From Cirrosporium novae-zelandiae (lineage: Eukaryota): DNA of 64,000 bases. Both the position numbers and the translations under genes were made by a program. Shown here piece after piece: positions 11,647 to 23,768 of the stretch. The notes beneath the pieces are model-generated. The model was not told the DNA's origin and did not search any database. It saw nothing but the letters and a program-made list of their open reading frames with translations. Numbering within the stretch: position 1 is the stretch's first letter; each line of letters begins with the position of its first letter. The stretch covers positions 248,001 through 312,000 of the forward strand of contig JAPETS010000008.1 of the NCBI GenBank assembly GCA_026023565.1. The letters run 5' to 3'.

Positions 11647-13623
11647 TCACGGCAGCATCATCGGAGCGGGACTAACTGGGGGGAGCTCGTAGCGTTCTTC
11701 GGCATCTTGATTGATGTTGCCTTCGCTCGGGTAGGATGGCTTGATGTCCGAAGCAGCGGTAGTAGTGGCCAAGCCGGCGTCGTTTTCTTTTTTATCCAAA
11801 TAAAAGCTTTTTGCTCCAATTGTGTCGGCGTAATCCTCTTCTGTTGACGCTTCACTAGTAGTATGCATTTCGTTGCCGTTCTTGTGGTTTCCATTTCCGG
11901 TCCCCCCTCCGATTTCCGAGGGTACTTTATCGCGCGGTTCTGTTGGGACTGGACTCGGTGGCATGCGTTCTGAGAATGCGGTACTCGGGTCCGGTGGAAA
12001 CTCCAAAATTGGTCTGATTGATGCTGATGCGGTTCCTTCATCTAGAAGAAATTTCGTTAGCTGGAAGGTCTTTCTAAGAAAACAAGCAAATATAGAGATC
12101 GAGACCAAACACATACTCGGACCAATTTTTGGGCTATAGGACAAGTCAATGGTGACAATGGGATTGACACCTGCAATCCTCCGAACATGCGACACATATA
12201 CTGCGCTCATGAGATGCGCAGGGACGCTATGGTCGTCCAGGTTCGACGAAAGCTCCTCCATCCGCTTCTTCCCTTCGATAAAGTCAACAGCTTCCCAGAG
12301 AATCCCGCGCTTAACATTCTCGGAGTAGATTCCCGGCAGCTGTGCATCATAGCGGCGGTCAAGATCGGCGACGGAGTACGTGGTTAGTGGTTCCTTCTCG
12401 CCGAGCAGATCACAGTTGCGGAACACATGCACCTCGAAGTGGTTATCGGTTCCGATCTTGGCCGTGCTAGGCTTCGATCGATCATGCTTGTCGTTTGCTT
12501 GCCGCGAATCGATGACTACCGTTTGAAACGGCCCGCTCTTGATCTCGTGGAATTCGTGCTTCACCCGCCCGATCCCCTTGTACAGGTCCGGTCCCGGCTT
12601 CACCCAGCTGCGTCGGGTGAATCCGTTGTGCTGCAGGTTGACTTGCGCCAGAGTGATCGGTTGGTTGTCCTTTATAAAGGATATTTGAAGGGCAGCATCG
12701 ATTTCGCCGCATGCGACCATCAGCTGCTCGAGCTCCTCATCCGTGTACTTGCACGAATTGGAATAATTTTCTGCTCCAAATACGCGCATGTAGTCGTCGT
12801 ATCCGAAGCACTTCTTAAAGCCATTGGGCATCACAAAGCTACTCACAACCTCTATTCTATCTGGCTTCTTTTCGGCCGTCCACCCCGCTTTCACAAACCG
12901 GTATACCATATCCAGGAAGTGGTACCCGCTATGAGAGACTTTCCCATACCCGGTATTGAAGGCGTGGTACCTTTGGTCTACAATTTCTGTTGGGAGGCGC
13001 CACATACCGTCGCAGTGAGTCGAGATGATGTTCGTCACAGGGCACCCTGACTTGTCTGTGATCTCTTTGAGCATCTCAAACGTGCAGTACATGCCCGGGT
13101 GGTATCGCCGGTGGCTCGTGATGAGGAAAAATGTTTCACGACGACGCTGGAGTTCCAAGTACGCCGACCGTAGATCATCATAATCCTTGGCGATTCCGTA
13201 CGCTTGTGCAATGTTCGTAGTGACTCCCTCCCGCGTCGTGATGGGCTTATCCATAATGGCATTGAGCCCCTGGCTGATTGCCCACAAGCCATAAGCTTTA
13301 TGCGCGAGCGGCTCGGTGCTAATAACAACACAGGATATTCTCAGCTGAACAGTCAATTTGTTTAGCTGGCTGGCCACGGCACCTGGCATCTCGCCCTTGA
13401 ACATAGGAACAAAGAAAAGCTCGAGACCCGGAAACACGCGATCACGGTACTCTGTGATTGCCGCACTATTCGGTTCGACATCGATGGCGCATACAAGTTT
13501 AGCTCGGCCTTCAGCTTCGAGTGCTTTCAGGTGTGGTATGTAGATTCGTTTAGCATGGGGACCCACGCCTACGAGGAGAAACCGTATTGGCTCTCGCTGC
13601 TCTGTGGTAATCATCTCCGACAT
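11647..13623 (-). CDS. Gfo/Idh/MocA-like NAD(P)-dependent oxidoreductase with a low-complexity C-terminal tail
   Basis: N-terminal Rossmann motif FLLVGVGPHAKRIY, VISTEPLAH, DKP (EKP-equivalent) and SHSGYHFLD. One in-frame 75-nt intron at 12042-12116 (GTATGT...CTAAC...TAG). Likely start is MSEMITT at 13623. Confidence 0.7.
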   Translation of the reverse strand: MSEMITTEQREPIRFLLVGVGPHAKRIYIPHLKALEAEGRAKLVCAIDVEPNSAAITEYRDRVFPGLELFFVPMFKGEMPGAVASQLNKLTVQLRISCVVISTEPLAHKAYGLWAISQGLNAIMDKPITTREGVTTNIAQAYGIAKDYDDLRSAYLELQRRRETFFLITSHRRYHPGMYCTFEMLKEITDKSGCPVTNIISTHCDGMWRLPTEIVDQRYHAFNTGYGKVSHSGYHFLDMVYRFVKAGWTAEKKPDRIEVVSSFVMPNGFKKCFGYDDYMRVFGAENYSNSCKYTDEELEQLMVACGEIDAALQISFIKDNQPITLAQVNLQHNGFTRRSWVKPGPDLYKGIGRVKHEFHEIKSGPFQTVVIDSRQANDKHDRSKPSTAKIGTDNHFEVHVFRNCDLLGEKEPLTTYSVADLDRRYDAQLPGIYSENVKRGILWEAVDFIEGKKRMEELSSNLDDHSVPAHLMSAVYVSHVRRIAGVNPIVTIDLSYSPKIGPSMCLVSISIFACFLRKTFQLTKFLLDEGTASASIRPILEFPPDPSTAFSERMPPSPVPTEPRDKVPSEIGGGTGNGNHKNGNEMHTTSEASTEEDYADTIGAKSFYLDKKENDAGLATTTAASDIKPSYPSEGNINQDAEERYELPPVSPAPMMLP

Positions 13624-14350
13624 GATTCGGGTATTCGAGGGGCGTATACACCGTAAGCTGTACCTAAGCAAGGACTGATCAAGGAGTTTATTTGTGGGGT
13701 ATTGAAGGTTCCTGAAACTTTGAGATTGAAATGGCAGAAAACACCACAATCGGCTGATAAAGGATGGTTATTAGGAGCGATAAGAGCTTGGGATCAACAA
13801 AGTATCTGTATTCGAAGCGGGAGGCATAATACAACCGTCTCGTGAGAAGCCTCAGATCGACATGATCGATGTACGACATATGTCAGGGTTTACTTAACAA
13901 GAGAAACCTGTAGCAGCATATTCTAATGCCGCTGTGGAGTGGTAGTCGACTTAGAGTGTCTTAGAGCTAGCTCACATAAAGTGCAGGTAAGCCAGACTCC
14001 CTCTATCATGATAGAATGCTCTCGGTCGTAGTAAGAAGGGGGGAAAGCAGTCGATGGACATTCCAACGTCAGAAACCAGTAAAATGACATAATACATGGA
14101 TTAGATGAAAGTTAAGAGATTGAAAGTGGTAGCCATGGATAGATGAACTAGGAAAAAGACAGTAATGCCTTATTACAGGGTTACTGTTATTTCGGGGGTA
14201 ATGTATCACAGTAAGACAGTCAGAATAGTCAACCGGACAGTAAGTCGACTGTACAAAGCTGAACGTCCCCACCAAAACTTCCTGCGGGGAGCATATTGCG
14301 CCTAGTTCGTTGGATTATTCCTTAGACCTGTCCCACAAAATAAATCCGAA

Positions 14351-16446
14351 ATGACAAGTCACGATATCGTGATTCAATCGAACAAAGGTGAAGGTAAAGT
14401 GGCAAGCCGCATGATAATCTCTGTGAATGTTGTTAATGCTCACTCGCAACAGTATGGTTTGAATGCTGCTGGCAACTCTACGAGAATCCCCAACGTCTTT
14501 CGGCAGACCAGTCTTGGCAGTCTCTCGATGTCGTGTTCAAAGTAAAATCGCACTCTCCCGCCGTCTCGCAGTTAGAAAACTATGCTACCGACGCTTCTGT
14601 CTTGTTTTCTGGAGCTCAGGGAGGTCTGGAACAAGTCACTCCTGAAGGATTGGGTTCCGCTGCAGCGTTTCAGTTCCTCCACCAATGTCTTCGCGCAGCC
14701 AAGACTGCTCCCTCTGGTCGCGAATGTGTTGCCAAGCTTATTGTTCCCTTGATCAAGGGCCACATCGTACGGTCCGACATTGTCCCTCTGCGTTTCTTGG
14801 ACTGTGAATGCGTGGAATCGGCATTATCCTTTGCAGAGCCTTTGCAGTTCTATCCCGGACATGCTATTCCAAAAGACAAGTTCGATCAGCTGGGGGAATT
14901 GTTCTCCGCATCTGCTGCTGGGCTGCTCCTTCACGGCGAATCCGAAGATAGCCTGGGTATGAGCACCCGAGCATCATCGCCCATTGTAGAGGCAGAACTA
15001 GAGAATAGATTGTCTTTTCCATGGATGATAGAGCACCCCCCTTCCCGACGAACATTAGCTATCGTCGAGGGTAGTCGCGTTCATCCAGACAACGGGGGCA
15101 CAGGTCCCGGAATCTATCTTGCCGCCAAAGCTCTAGGTATCAACATGGTCGTGTTAGACAATGCCGGACACTGGCTCCAAGGACCCGAATATGCACACTG
15201 GCGCGAAGCCTTTATCCCCACAAAGCTGGTCGATCCACCAGACGCTGACTTTACCAACCGCATCATTAACTCAATCCGCTCATATGGCAAACAGGTAGAC
15301 GGAATCGTAACTTTCTGTGATTCTTACATGGTCCACATTGCCCAGGCCGCCCAGGAACTAAGTTTACCAACATCCGTACCAGAAGCCTACGAAATCGCAA
15401 CAGACAAATATAAAACCAGCGTCTTTGAAGGTCACCACGCATTCAGGGCCTCCAGCGCTGAAGAAGCTGTCGACATCGCCACAAAAGAGAACCTCGCCTA
15501 CCCACTCATCATCAAGCCCTGTAATGGCTGGAGCTCCGAGGGCGTCTTCCGCGTCGACAACCTCTCCTCGCTTACATCGGCCGTCCGCTCCATCGACACC
15601 ACTCGCCACGGCAAAGAGTTTGTCATCGAGCGATACTGCGCGGGGCCGGAAGTTGACGTCAACCTCGTACTCCTAGACGGGGAAATCCTCTTCTTCGAAG
15701 CATGCGACGATTTCCCCAAGGGCGCCGACATTAATAGCAGTGATGGTTCCAGCGCAGCCGCCATCTCTACACGCACCTTCATCGAACTCAACAGCGTCTT
15801 CCCTTCGGCGCTCCCAGACGAAGAACTCTCGCTCCTCCGCACCTCCTTCCACAACTCTCTCCTCCGCCTGGGCCTCAAGTCCGGAATCATGCACCTCGAA
15901 GGCCGGGTCGACCGCTCCACTGTCGAATACTGCACTCAAAATGGTATAATGGATCTCCATCCCCTCCCTAATCCAAATCCCAATCCTCCTTCCCCCTGGC
16001 TCATCGAAATCAATCCCCGCCCCCCAGGAATGAAGGGAACCCAAATAATCGAATCCACCCACGGCATCGACTACTGGGGCCTTGCGATGCTAATTTCCCT
16101 CTCTGACACCGCCCGCACCCGTGCTCTCTCTCATTCTTACAAGAATGGCCCCCAGTACACCTGCATCATGGTTTTCATCCCTGCAGACTACCCCCTCTCC
16201 TCCTACACAGAAGGAATCTTTGACTCAGACGATATCTGTGCGGAGCTACTAGCACGGAGGCCTGATATTGCTAAGCATATCAGCCGCTGTGGGTGTCTGG
16301 TGAAAAGGGGCCAGAAAGTGCCACATCCCAGTTCGGGTGTTAACAGCTTTTTGGCATATTTTAATGTGTTTTCAAGACGGGGGAGGAAGGAGGCATTGGA
16401 GGTTGCGAGGACGGTTAGGGAGGAGGTGAGGTTTGCTTTTCGGTAG
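14351..16446 (+). CDS. ATP-grasp ligase of the L-amino-acid-ligase type (similar in organisation to fungal FsqD/AnkG-type enzymes)
   Basis: Exon 1 at 14351-14393, intron at 14394-14452, exon 2 to 16446. Motifs: TDKYKT, YPLIIKPCNGWSSEGVFRV, FVIERYCAGPEVDVN, MHLEGR, LIEINPRPPG. Confidence 0.85.
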
Positions 16447-17344
16447 AGAGGTGGGGTTTTAAGGGTGTGAGGAGGGGAAAAGGAGGTAGGGTAAGCAGCA
16501 ATAAGCCTATAAGTTGAAACCTATTAAGGTAGACCACTAGATAAAAAAACAACAATCATTTTTTGTAACCAAGAGAGATGATCTATTCCACCTCGTTAGT
16601 TAAACGTGGAATGCACTGTACGGCTTTTCTGATTTTTTTATGTGTATTTCTCTTTTTATGTTTGTCGGCCCTTAATGTGATGAACAGACAGAGCGAGGAA
16701 TATTTGATCCCTTTCTTTTCTTAACAGTCTTATCTATGACGTATCAAGATAGACTTCTCGATACTTTCAAAAGTACGCTAACTAGAGTCGCCAAGGTGAG
16801 GTCTTAGCAGTCAGATAAGGAGGCCCTTTGATAACACAGCCTTACTATCATACGCACACATTTCAGATATTCTTTTCAGGAAAATAATGGCAGCTTATGC
16901 AACAAGAAAATGAAGTTTTTCCTTAGTCTATCCCTTCTATAAAGATTATGTCGTTGCTCTTTTTCAAATATATAGGTCAGGGCTTAGATTGAAACGACTT
17001 CGATATACCGGCCACCTCCTTTAGTTGGAGAAAACATAGTCTTTGACATATACAATAGGCTTTCGCATCTCTATTTAGATCGGTTTCCAACAAGTTCATC
17101 TTCCTCACAATACTTATAATTAACCACAGAACCTAATGTCCATCATAGCCCGAAGGCGACATGCGGACAATAAAATGAATCATCAACTACAGAACCTGGA
17201 CCTGTGCATAACTCGGATCCATACTCCAAATGCAGAATTATGCACATAAACCAGAAACAATGTCTTACAGCGAGCTTGAAAATTTCTGTTCGGGAATCTA
17301 TCACCAGAAACCCTTGTCAAAATTATCCTACTAAGCTTAGCTAT

Positions 17345-18526
17345 CTAGGAGCTCACTAGGCTTTTGATCGTATCCTTTAGATCCTCCTTTGGCAACCCCA
17401 ATAGATCGTTGGCCGCTTCTTCGTCTGAAACGGTAGACAGTCCACTTCCATCAATAAGCAAGTAGGCTTGCAGGAAGTTGATAAAGGATGAGGGATCTTT
17501 TTTGGCGAACTTCTCCTGGCCCATCTTGTATATATCACCGGCGCTTCCCTTCTGAATATCCCATTTTGTGCCAGTGACTTCTTCGAGGATAGATATAAGT
17601 TCATTCTGTGTCGTTGTGAACGATTTCACCCACAAATACTGATTAGCTGTCTTGTCAGGAAGCTCGAGGATTCGAGAGACTGCACGGCCGATTTGGGCCA
17701 CGGTTGTTGTGGAGAATGCCTCATTTCCGGAGTCATAAATCGTAGCGCTGTGAGTAGGGACGTTAAGGCCTAGCATTTGGCGTTTTATGCCCTGGTAAAG
17801 AGAGTATTAGTTAAGAGATTAGTTTTCGATAAGCCAAACCAAGCTAGGGGGTCGACTTCGCTCGAATGCCTCCTGGATATTTCTTGCTTAGAACTAGCCG
17901 TCAATCCTTAATGAACCTTTGCATATTCTCGTGGCACATCAAACACATCCCTCAAGAAGAACAGGGTCCAGCTTGATTCGGTTTATTCTGAACGGTGAGA
18001 AAGTAGGAGAGTTTCATACCCAGTCAAAGAAAGGGCCTGTCGCCAAAGCAGTCCAACTGAAGCCTGGGTTTGTGCTTGCTTTTTCCTTCAGGTAACTCTG
18101 TATTGCTACCTTGCCACCTAGCATAATGCTTAATTCAGGTGGCAGAGGCCCCGTAGTATTGATACCGTACTCGCTTGGTATGAAGCGTTTCACTCCGGCA
18201 TCTACAGCTGCATCGATGATCGTTTTCTGGAGGGGTACTACCATACTTGCAATGGTCGACACAACTGCATCCTGGCCAGTAAATTTCTCCTTCAAAGAGT
18301 CGGGACTGTAATCTGATTTCAAGACGGTTACACCTTCAGGAGCAGTTGAATTTGAACTTTCTCGGGACAAGACCGAGATTTTGAAGTTATTGGAATCAAG
18401 GAGTGCTTTGACAATGTGAGGTCCCAGGTTTCCGCTAGCCTATGAAGTATCAGGAGCAAGTTCTCAATATATATAAATCAAAATACGAACGCCTCCGAGA
18501 ACAATCACGTTCTTAATAGTAGTCAT
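17345..18526 (-). CDS. NmrA-like / isoflavone-reductase-like NAD(P)-binding protein (3 exons)
   Basis: MTTIKNVIVLGG, intron, ASGNLGPHIVKALL (GxxGxxG); also GQDAVVS, AGVKRFIPSEYG, WTALATGPFFDW, intron, ...STTTVAQIGRAV. Confidence 0.88.
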
Positions 18527-19002
18527 TTTCAGAAATGTAGTTTTATACAATTTCGAATAGGTCAAAGATAACTAGCGGTAGGGGATTGATCAGGAAGAAT
18601 GTGAATGGATTAGAATCAAATCAGCTCAAGTACAACGAATACAATAGTATTTATACCCTTTCGGAAGGTGGGGGGACACAAACAAGTCCCGAATGAAGGA
18701 AATGACATTGATGACGAGGTTCGGGAGGGGTTACCTAGGTAGGTGTGACAATGGATTAATCAGGCATTGCAGAGGGAGCAGAGCGAATAGGACATTCGGT
18801 TAATTGATACATTTTTACCATCACCATGACTGTTGCAGCAAGAGATTATCACATCATACAAGAGAAAATCGGAAATATCATAGATATGTAATTAGAAATC
18901 AGTAATCAGTAGGCCAAATATCTGAAATCCACTGGCCGCAGTCGGAATTCATTCCGTCCTCCGAGTCCAAGGGACCTTACGAAGTTTGTATTGTTTGCAC
19001 CG

Positions 19003-19022
19003 ACGCGAAACGCGTTTTCGCG
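19003..19022. promoter_or_regulatory. Overlapping MCB/SCB-like G1/S elements upstream of CTF18
   Basis: ACGCGAAACGCGTTTTCGCG contains ACGCGT at 19010-19015 and CGCGAAA on both strands, about 110 bp before the ATG. Confidence 0.65.
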
Positions 19023-19125
19023 AATCAATTCAAATCATTAATTATAATTATACCTATCTCTCGATCTTAAACGTTAAGAGAATCATGGTTACAGAATACC
19101 TTTTTAAACACATTCTTAATAGTCA

Positions 19126-22100
19126 ATGAATACCTCTTCGCCATTATTACCGTTCCCATCGTCCTTTGATCCTGCCATCTGCCTTCATTCCGATTCAGAT
19201 ATCAACCAACCCAGCACGCGTATTACCCCTCCAAGCTCCGATGATCTAGAGGCGTTACATATTGTACAGGCAGAGACAACCAAAGACAGGAATAGAAAAG
19301 GCATTGTTATACAACATCGAGCTTGGAAAATTGAGGAGGTGTTTAGAAGCGACGAGGATCATTTGCAAGGTGTGTAGTTCCCACTGCATTTGTGTTACAG
19401 GGCAGGGCTGACACTATGTAGAAACTCCTTTGAAGAAACATAGCGTCTTTACGTCTATAGAATTTAACCATCCCCTTCATCAAACTTTCCCGTCCTCGCC
19501 GCCCTCAATGGCCCCTCTATCTTCGCCTATCGCTTACCCTCGGAGTTCCTCACCTGCCTGCGCCCCAAAACGAAGAGATGGCCCAAAGCATGCTGCACCG
19601 GAGCCGAAGCGGCAGAAGATGCTGGGTGGCTTTATTATAGATGATGACGATGACGATGACGAACCCATTGAGCATAATAAAGAGCCGAAACAACAGAAAA
19701 CACTAGGCGGCTTTATTATAGATGATGATGATGAGGTAATGGCAGATGATAGGGAGACTAGCTTAGATGGACCGCTTGTTTCGCAGCAGCAATCGTCGTT
19801 CCTTCAACCTTCAAGTAGTCCATCTATTTCACGCCACCTATCTCCCTTTGCCCAGAATGATCGCACTCAGTTTGCTCCACCCAGATCACTAGCACCTGAC
19901 TTCAGCCAGTCTACCCCTCATCATTATGGAACGGGAAAAATCACATTGAAAACTAGTTCTGGTAAGACTTATGTGTGCCAAAAATGCAAGGATTCTGCTC
20001 CAATCTCGTACGAAAGACTTGTTGCCGATAGGTCCAAAACCAAAGAAGGAAGAGCACAAAAGAGCTATTACGGAATTGACGTGCATCGGCTTATAGACGA
20101 TGCCGCCAAGGATATCGAACGTAGCCGACGTGAGGCATTGGCGAGAGATCAAGATGCGTTTCTCACTGGTGTCGAAAATCTTATGGCTGTCGATCAACGA
20201 GGAGCTCCCCGAACCTTGATGTGGACTGAAAAATATCGTGCCCGCAAATTTACAGATCTTGTTGGAGATGACCGAATGCATCGGTCCGTATTGCGCTGGC
20301 TCAAAGGCTGGGACCCAATAGTGTTTCCCGGTCTAGAACAGCGTAAACCAAAGAAACGTGTCTTCGACGACAATTCTGAGGATAGACCTTTTCGCAAAAT
20401 CTTGCTCCTTGCCGGACCACCAGGGCTTGGGAAAACAACCCTTGCTCATGTGTGTGCAAGGCAAGCGGGCTATGAAGTCGTGGAAATAAATGCTAGCGAC
20501 GAAAGGAATAGGGATGTTGTTAAGGGTAGAATAAGGGACAGCGTGGGAACTGAAAATGTCCGAGGTGTCAATATTGAGACTGTGAATGGTAAAGTCAGAA
20601 AAGCAGGCCGCCCGGTTTGTGTTGTGGTTGATGAAGTGGATGGAGTTGTGGGTGGATCTAATGGAGGTGAAGGGGGTTTCATGAAAACATTAATTGATCT
20701 TGTCATGTTGGATCAGAAGAATTCTAAAGATAAGGAAAAGAACTCCTCATCTAAAAGAAAAAAGAAAGGGGATAACTTTCGATTACTCCGACCCCTTGTC
20801 ATGATATGCAATGATGTCTATCATCCAGCCCTTCGGCCACTGCGTTCATCTGGTGTTGCTGAAATTATTCACGTTCGAAAGCCACCTCTTGACAGAGTTG
20901 CAACCCGTCTGAAAATCATCTTTGAAAAAGAGTGCGTGCCGTGCGATAATGATGCTGCACGGAGAATATGTGAATTAAGCTGGGGTATCAGTAGCGGAAG
21001 GGAGGACCGTGGCAAGGGTGGGGGATCTGGCGAGGGGGATATCCGAAGTGTCTTGGTAACAGGGGAATGGGTTGCTGCAAAACTACGGTCCTTGAAAGTG
21101 CCTAGGTTAACTAAAGGATGGGTTGAACAGCAGATGTCTAATAACCTTTCTTCCGGTGAAAGTGGTGCAAGAGGCCTAGGGAGAGGTTCTATCCGCGAGA
21201 TTGTAGACCGGGTCTTTCTCGAAGGAGGAGGGTTTCCAAAGGCCTTCCATGTTCCATCGGAGATGCCTATTCTCATAGACCCTACAGTCAAACTGCATGC
21301 ATCGGAGCCAGCAAAACGCGCAACCATGTACAGGTTAAGAGAAATGGTTGATACCAGTGGCGACTATGATCGAATTGTTACGGACTGCTTCGGCTCATAT
21401 CCCAACCAAACATTCCAAGACGACACTCTCCTTTCTAAGCCTAACTCGGCTTACGATTGGCTCGATTTCCATGATAGAATATCTGCAAAGGTTTATTCCC
21501 AGCAAGAATGGGAACTTAATCCATACCTGAGTCAATCCGTATTAGCTTTTCATCATCTTTTTGCTTCACTTGGTCAAAGTACTCTTGGTGCCGAAACGCT
21601 AGCATACGGCAAAGACGAGACAGAAGAACCATCTCCATTCTCTGGACCAAGAGCCGACTTCGCTGCTCGTGAAGCAGAAAAGGAAAGCCGATCCGTCCTT
21701 CAAGGATTTCAGTCATGTCTTTCAGCTCCACTTCTACGCACTTTCCGCTCGTTAGACGACATATCAACAGACCTTGTGCCACAGCTCTACCGCATGCTGT
21801 CTCCCAATGTAAAGCCAATTGTGGTTGGCGGTAGTGGTGACCAGCGGGGAATCGCCAGCGTAAGGAGAGAGACGGAAAAGGATATGGTGCAAAGAGCCGT
21901 GCGCGTTATGTGTAGCGTTGGCGTTGTTTTTGAGCGGACTAGGATTGAAGATGAGAGAGGCGGGTATGGTGGATTCATTTTCAGAATGGAACCGTATGTC
22001 TTTTATCCTTTTTTCCTTCTCGGCTTTGAAGAGCCTGATTAACCCGCTATTAGACCCCTCGATACCCTCGTCACCTTCCAGACAGCCTCTTCTTCGAGCA

Positions 22101-22489
22101 CTAGTCATGCCCCAGTAAGATATGCTATCCGCCAAGTCCTGGATCAAGAATACCAAAAGGAGATCGTGCGCGTTCGAGCCCAAGCTCGAGAAGCCCGTCT
22201 TGGCTACCCCGTTTCACAGCCAGATTCCTTAGATCTCACTATGGACAAAGAAAACGCATCGCTACTCAATCCGAAGACCACCAAGACCCCAACCGTAAGA
22301 CGCGATTTCTTCGGTAGAATCATCAACGAAGTAAGACGACCAGCTCTAACGGAGAAGGAGGAACTTAGAAAAAAGAAAGCGAGAAGTACGAGAAACGAGG
22401 AGAATCAAGTATGGATTAGTTTTCATGAAGGGTTTAGCAATGCGGTTAGGAAGCCTATTACGTTGGAGGATTTGCTAAGGGAGTTATAA
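19126..22489 (+). CDS. CTF18: Chromosome transmission fidelity protein 18 (alternative RFC clamp-loader large subunit)
   Basis: MWTEKYRARKFTDL, Walker A GPPGLGKTT, EINASDER, Walker B VVVDEVDG, and C-terminal RRDFFGR and FHEGFSNAVRKPIT. Introns at 19370-19421 and about 21994-22053. Confidence 0.93.
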
Positions 22490-23768
22490 ATGGGGGGTTT
22501 TTTTTGCACTTCGCCTAAATACTCATATTTGTTTGTATATAGCTAGAAAATATGAGGACGCAGCGTCATGGGGGACCTGGACGGATGGATGGATGACTTT
22601 GGATGTGAAATGTATTATCATTATTCTTATTCAACTTCCTATACTTTATATTCTTATAGCCACCTCCTTATGACGTGTTCGATGCCATTTCGTCTTAAAA
22701 CCACCACCTTTCCTAAACTCGACGCCTCAAAGGCAAATATAATATAATAAATATCCACTAAAATATATAATCGCTACTCTACAATAATAACATTCACCCC
22801 CTCTCTCCCCCACCCCTTCTTCCAAAAGAAAAGCACAAAACCAACACAACCACAACCATAACCAATACTCAAATCCTATACTATTAACTAGCAGCAATCC
22901 TTCGTCCCCAAGAATGGATTTCTAGCCCCCACAGTAATATAATTCATTACTTATAAATCAGTGTTGCCTGCCAGCCCGAGTCCGAACTCCATATCCGCAT
23001 CCCAACTCCGCATCCAACTCCGCGTACAGTGTGCAGTTGTAGTGTGGTGTTGAACTCCGATACCGACATCGACCCCACCTTCACAACCCCCCCACAGATA
23101 AATTAATCATCTCTCTACCTAATCCATCCACACATAAATTCGATATTGAATAACTGCCTAAGCGCCATGTTTATGCCATTTATTGCTTACTCTAGGAAAA
23201 TGGGATGAGAGAGGAGGGTTTGAGCTTTTGGATTGATATTTTTTTTTTCTGGTTTTTTGTTGTTTCTTGCTAGGGCTTGAGCTTCCTTGGAAGAAGAAGA
23301 AGAAGAAATGGAAAGGAAAGAAAACTCTTGTGACTGATTACAGCAATATAATTACAGGGGAATTTTTTCAACTCAATTGGTTTGTTGTATAGAACGCCAA
23401 TGAACTCCTCATGATTATTATTATAACTTGCTTCTAAGTGGGATAACACGTTATGCTGCTTCCGGTGAAGACTCATTTCTCCAGCTCTTCCTTCTCATCC
23501 TCCTTGAAAATTAACTAACCCCTTATTCCCTCCCTCAACTCCTAGAGGAGAGGAGAGATGTGTCCCGATCTTTGTGATGTTGAAGGCCTGAAGGCTTCCT
23601 TTTTGATCATGCCCACGACTTGTTTAGCCGCCTCTCAGACGAATAGAAAAGTAGGCAGGCATCCCAATTCCCATTTCCGCAATCCTATGCATGAGCTCCA
23701 TCCCTCTAGGGAATGAAACATAATACACGTCCTTCTTCTTCGCTACACCATACCATAATTACCCCCAT

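Noticed and set aside
13624..14350. bZIP binding sites in the divergent cluster promoter
   Set aside because: I found only a short palindrome (GACATATGTC at about 13875) and partial matches; no convincing repeated AP-1/CRE/YRE consensus
12187..16062. Antisense and alternate-frame ORFs over the oxidoreductase and ATP-grasp genes (e.g. 12427-13050 +, 15498-15935 -)
   Set aside because: Shadow ORFs expected from GC-rich codon usage; no recognisable domains
11647..16446. Mycosporine (MysABC-type) cluster, suggested by the ATP-grasp gene
   Set aside because: No sugar-phosphate cyclase (DDGS) or adjacent intact O-methyltransferase is present, and the ligase motifs fit the L-amino-acid-ligase type
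14351..16446. Carbamoyl-phosphate synthase, biotin carboxylase or glutathione synthetase
   Set aside because: Only one ATP-grasp fold is present and none of the family-specific domains are seen
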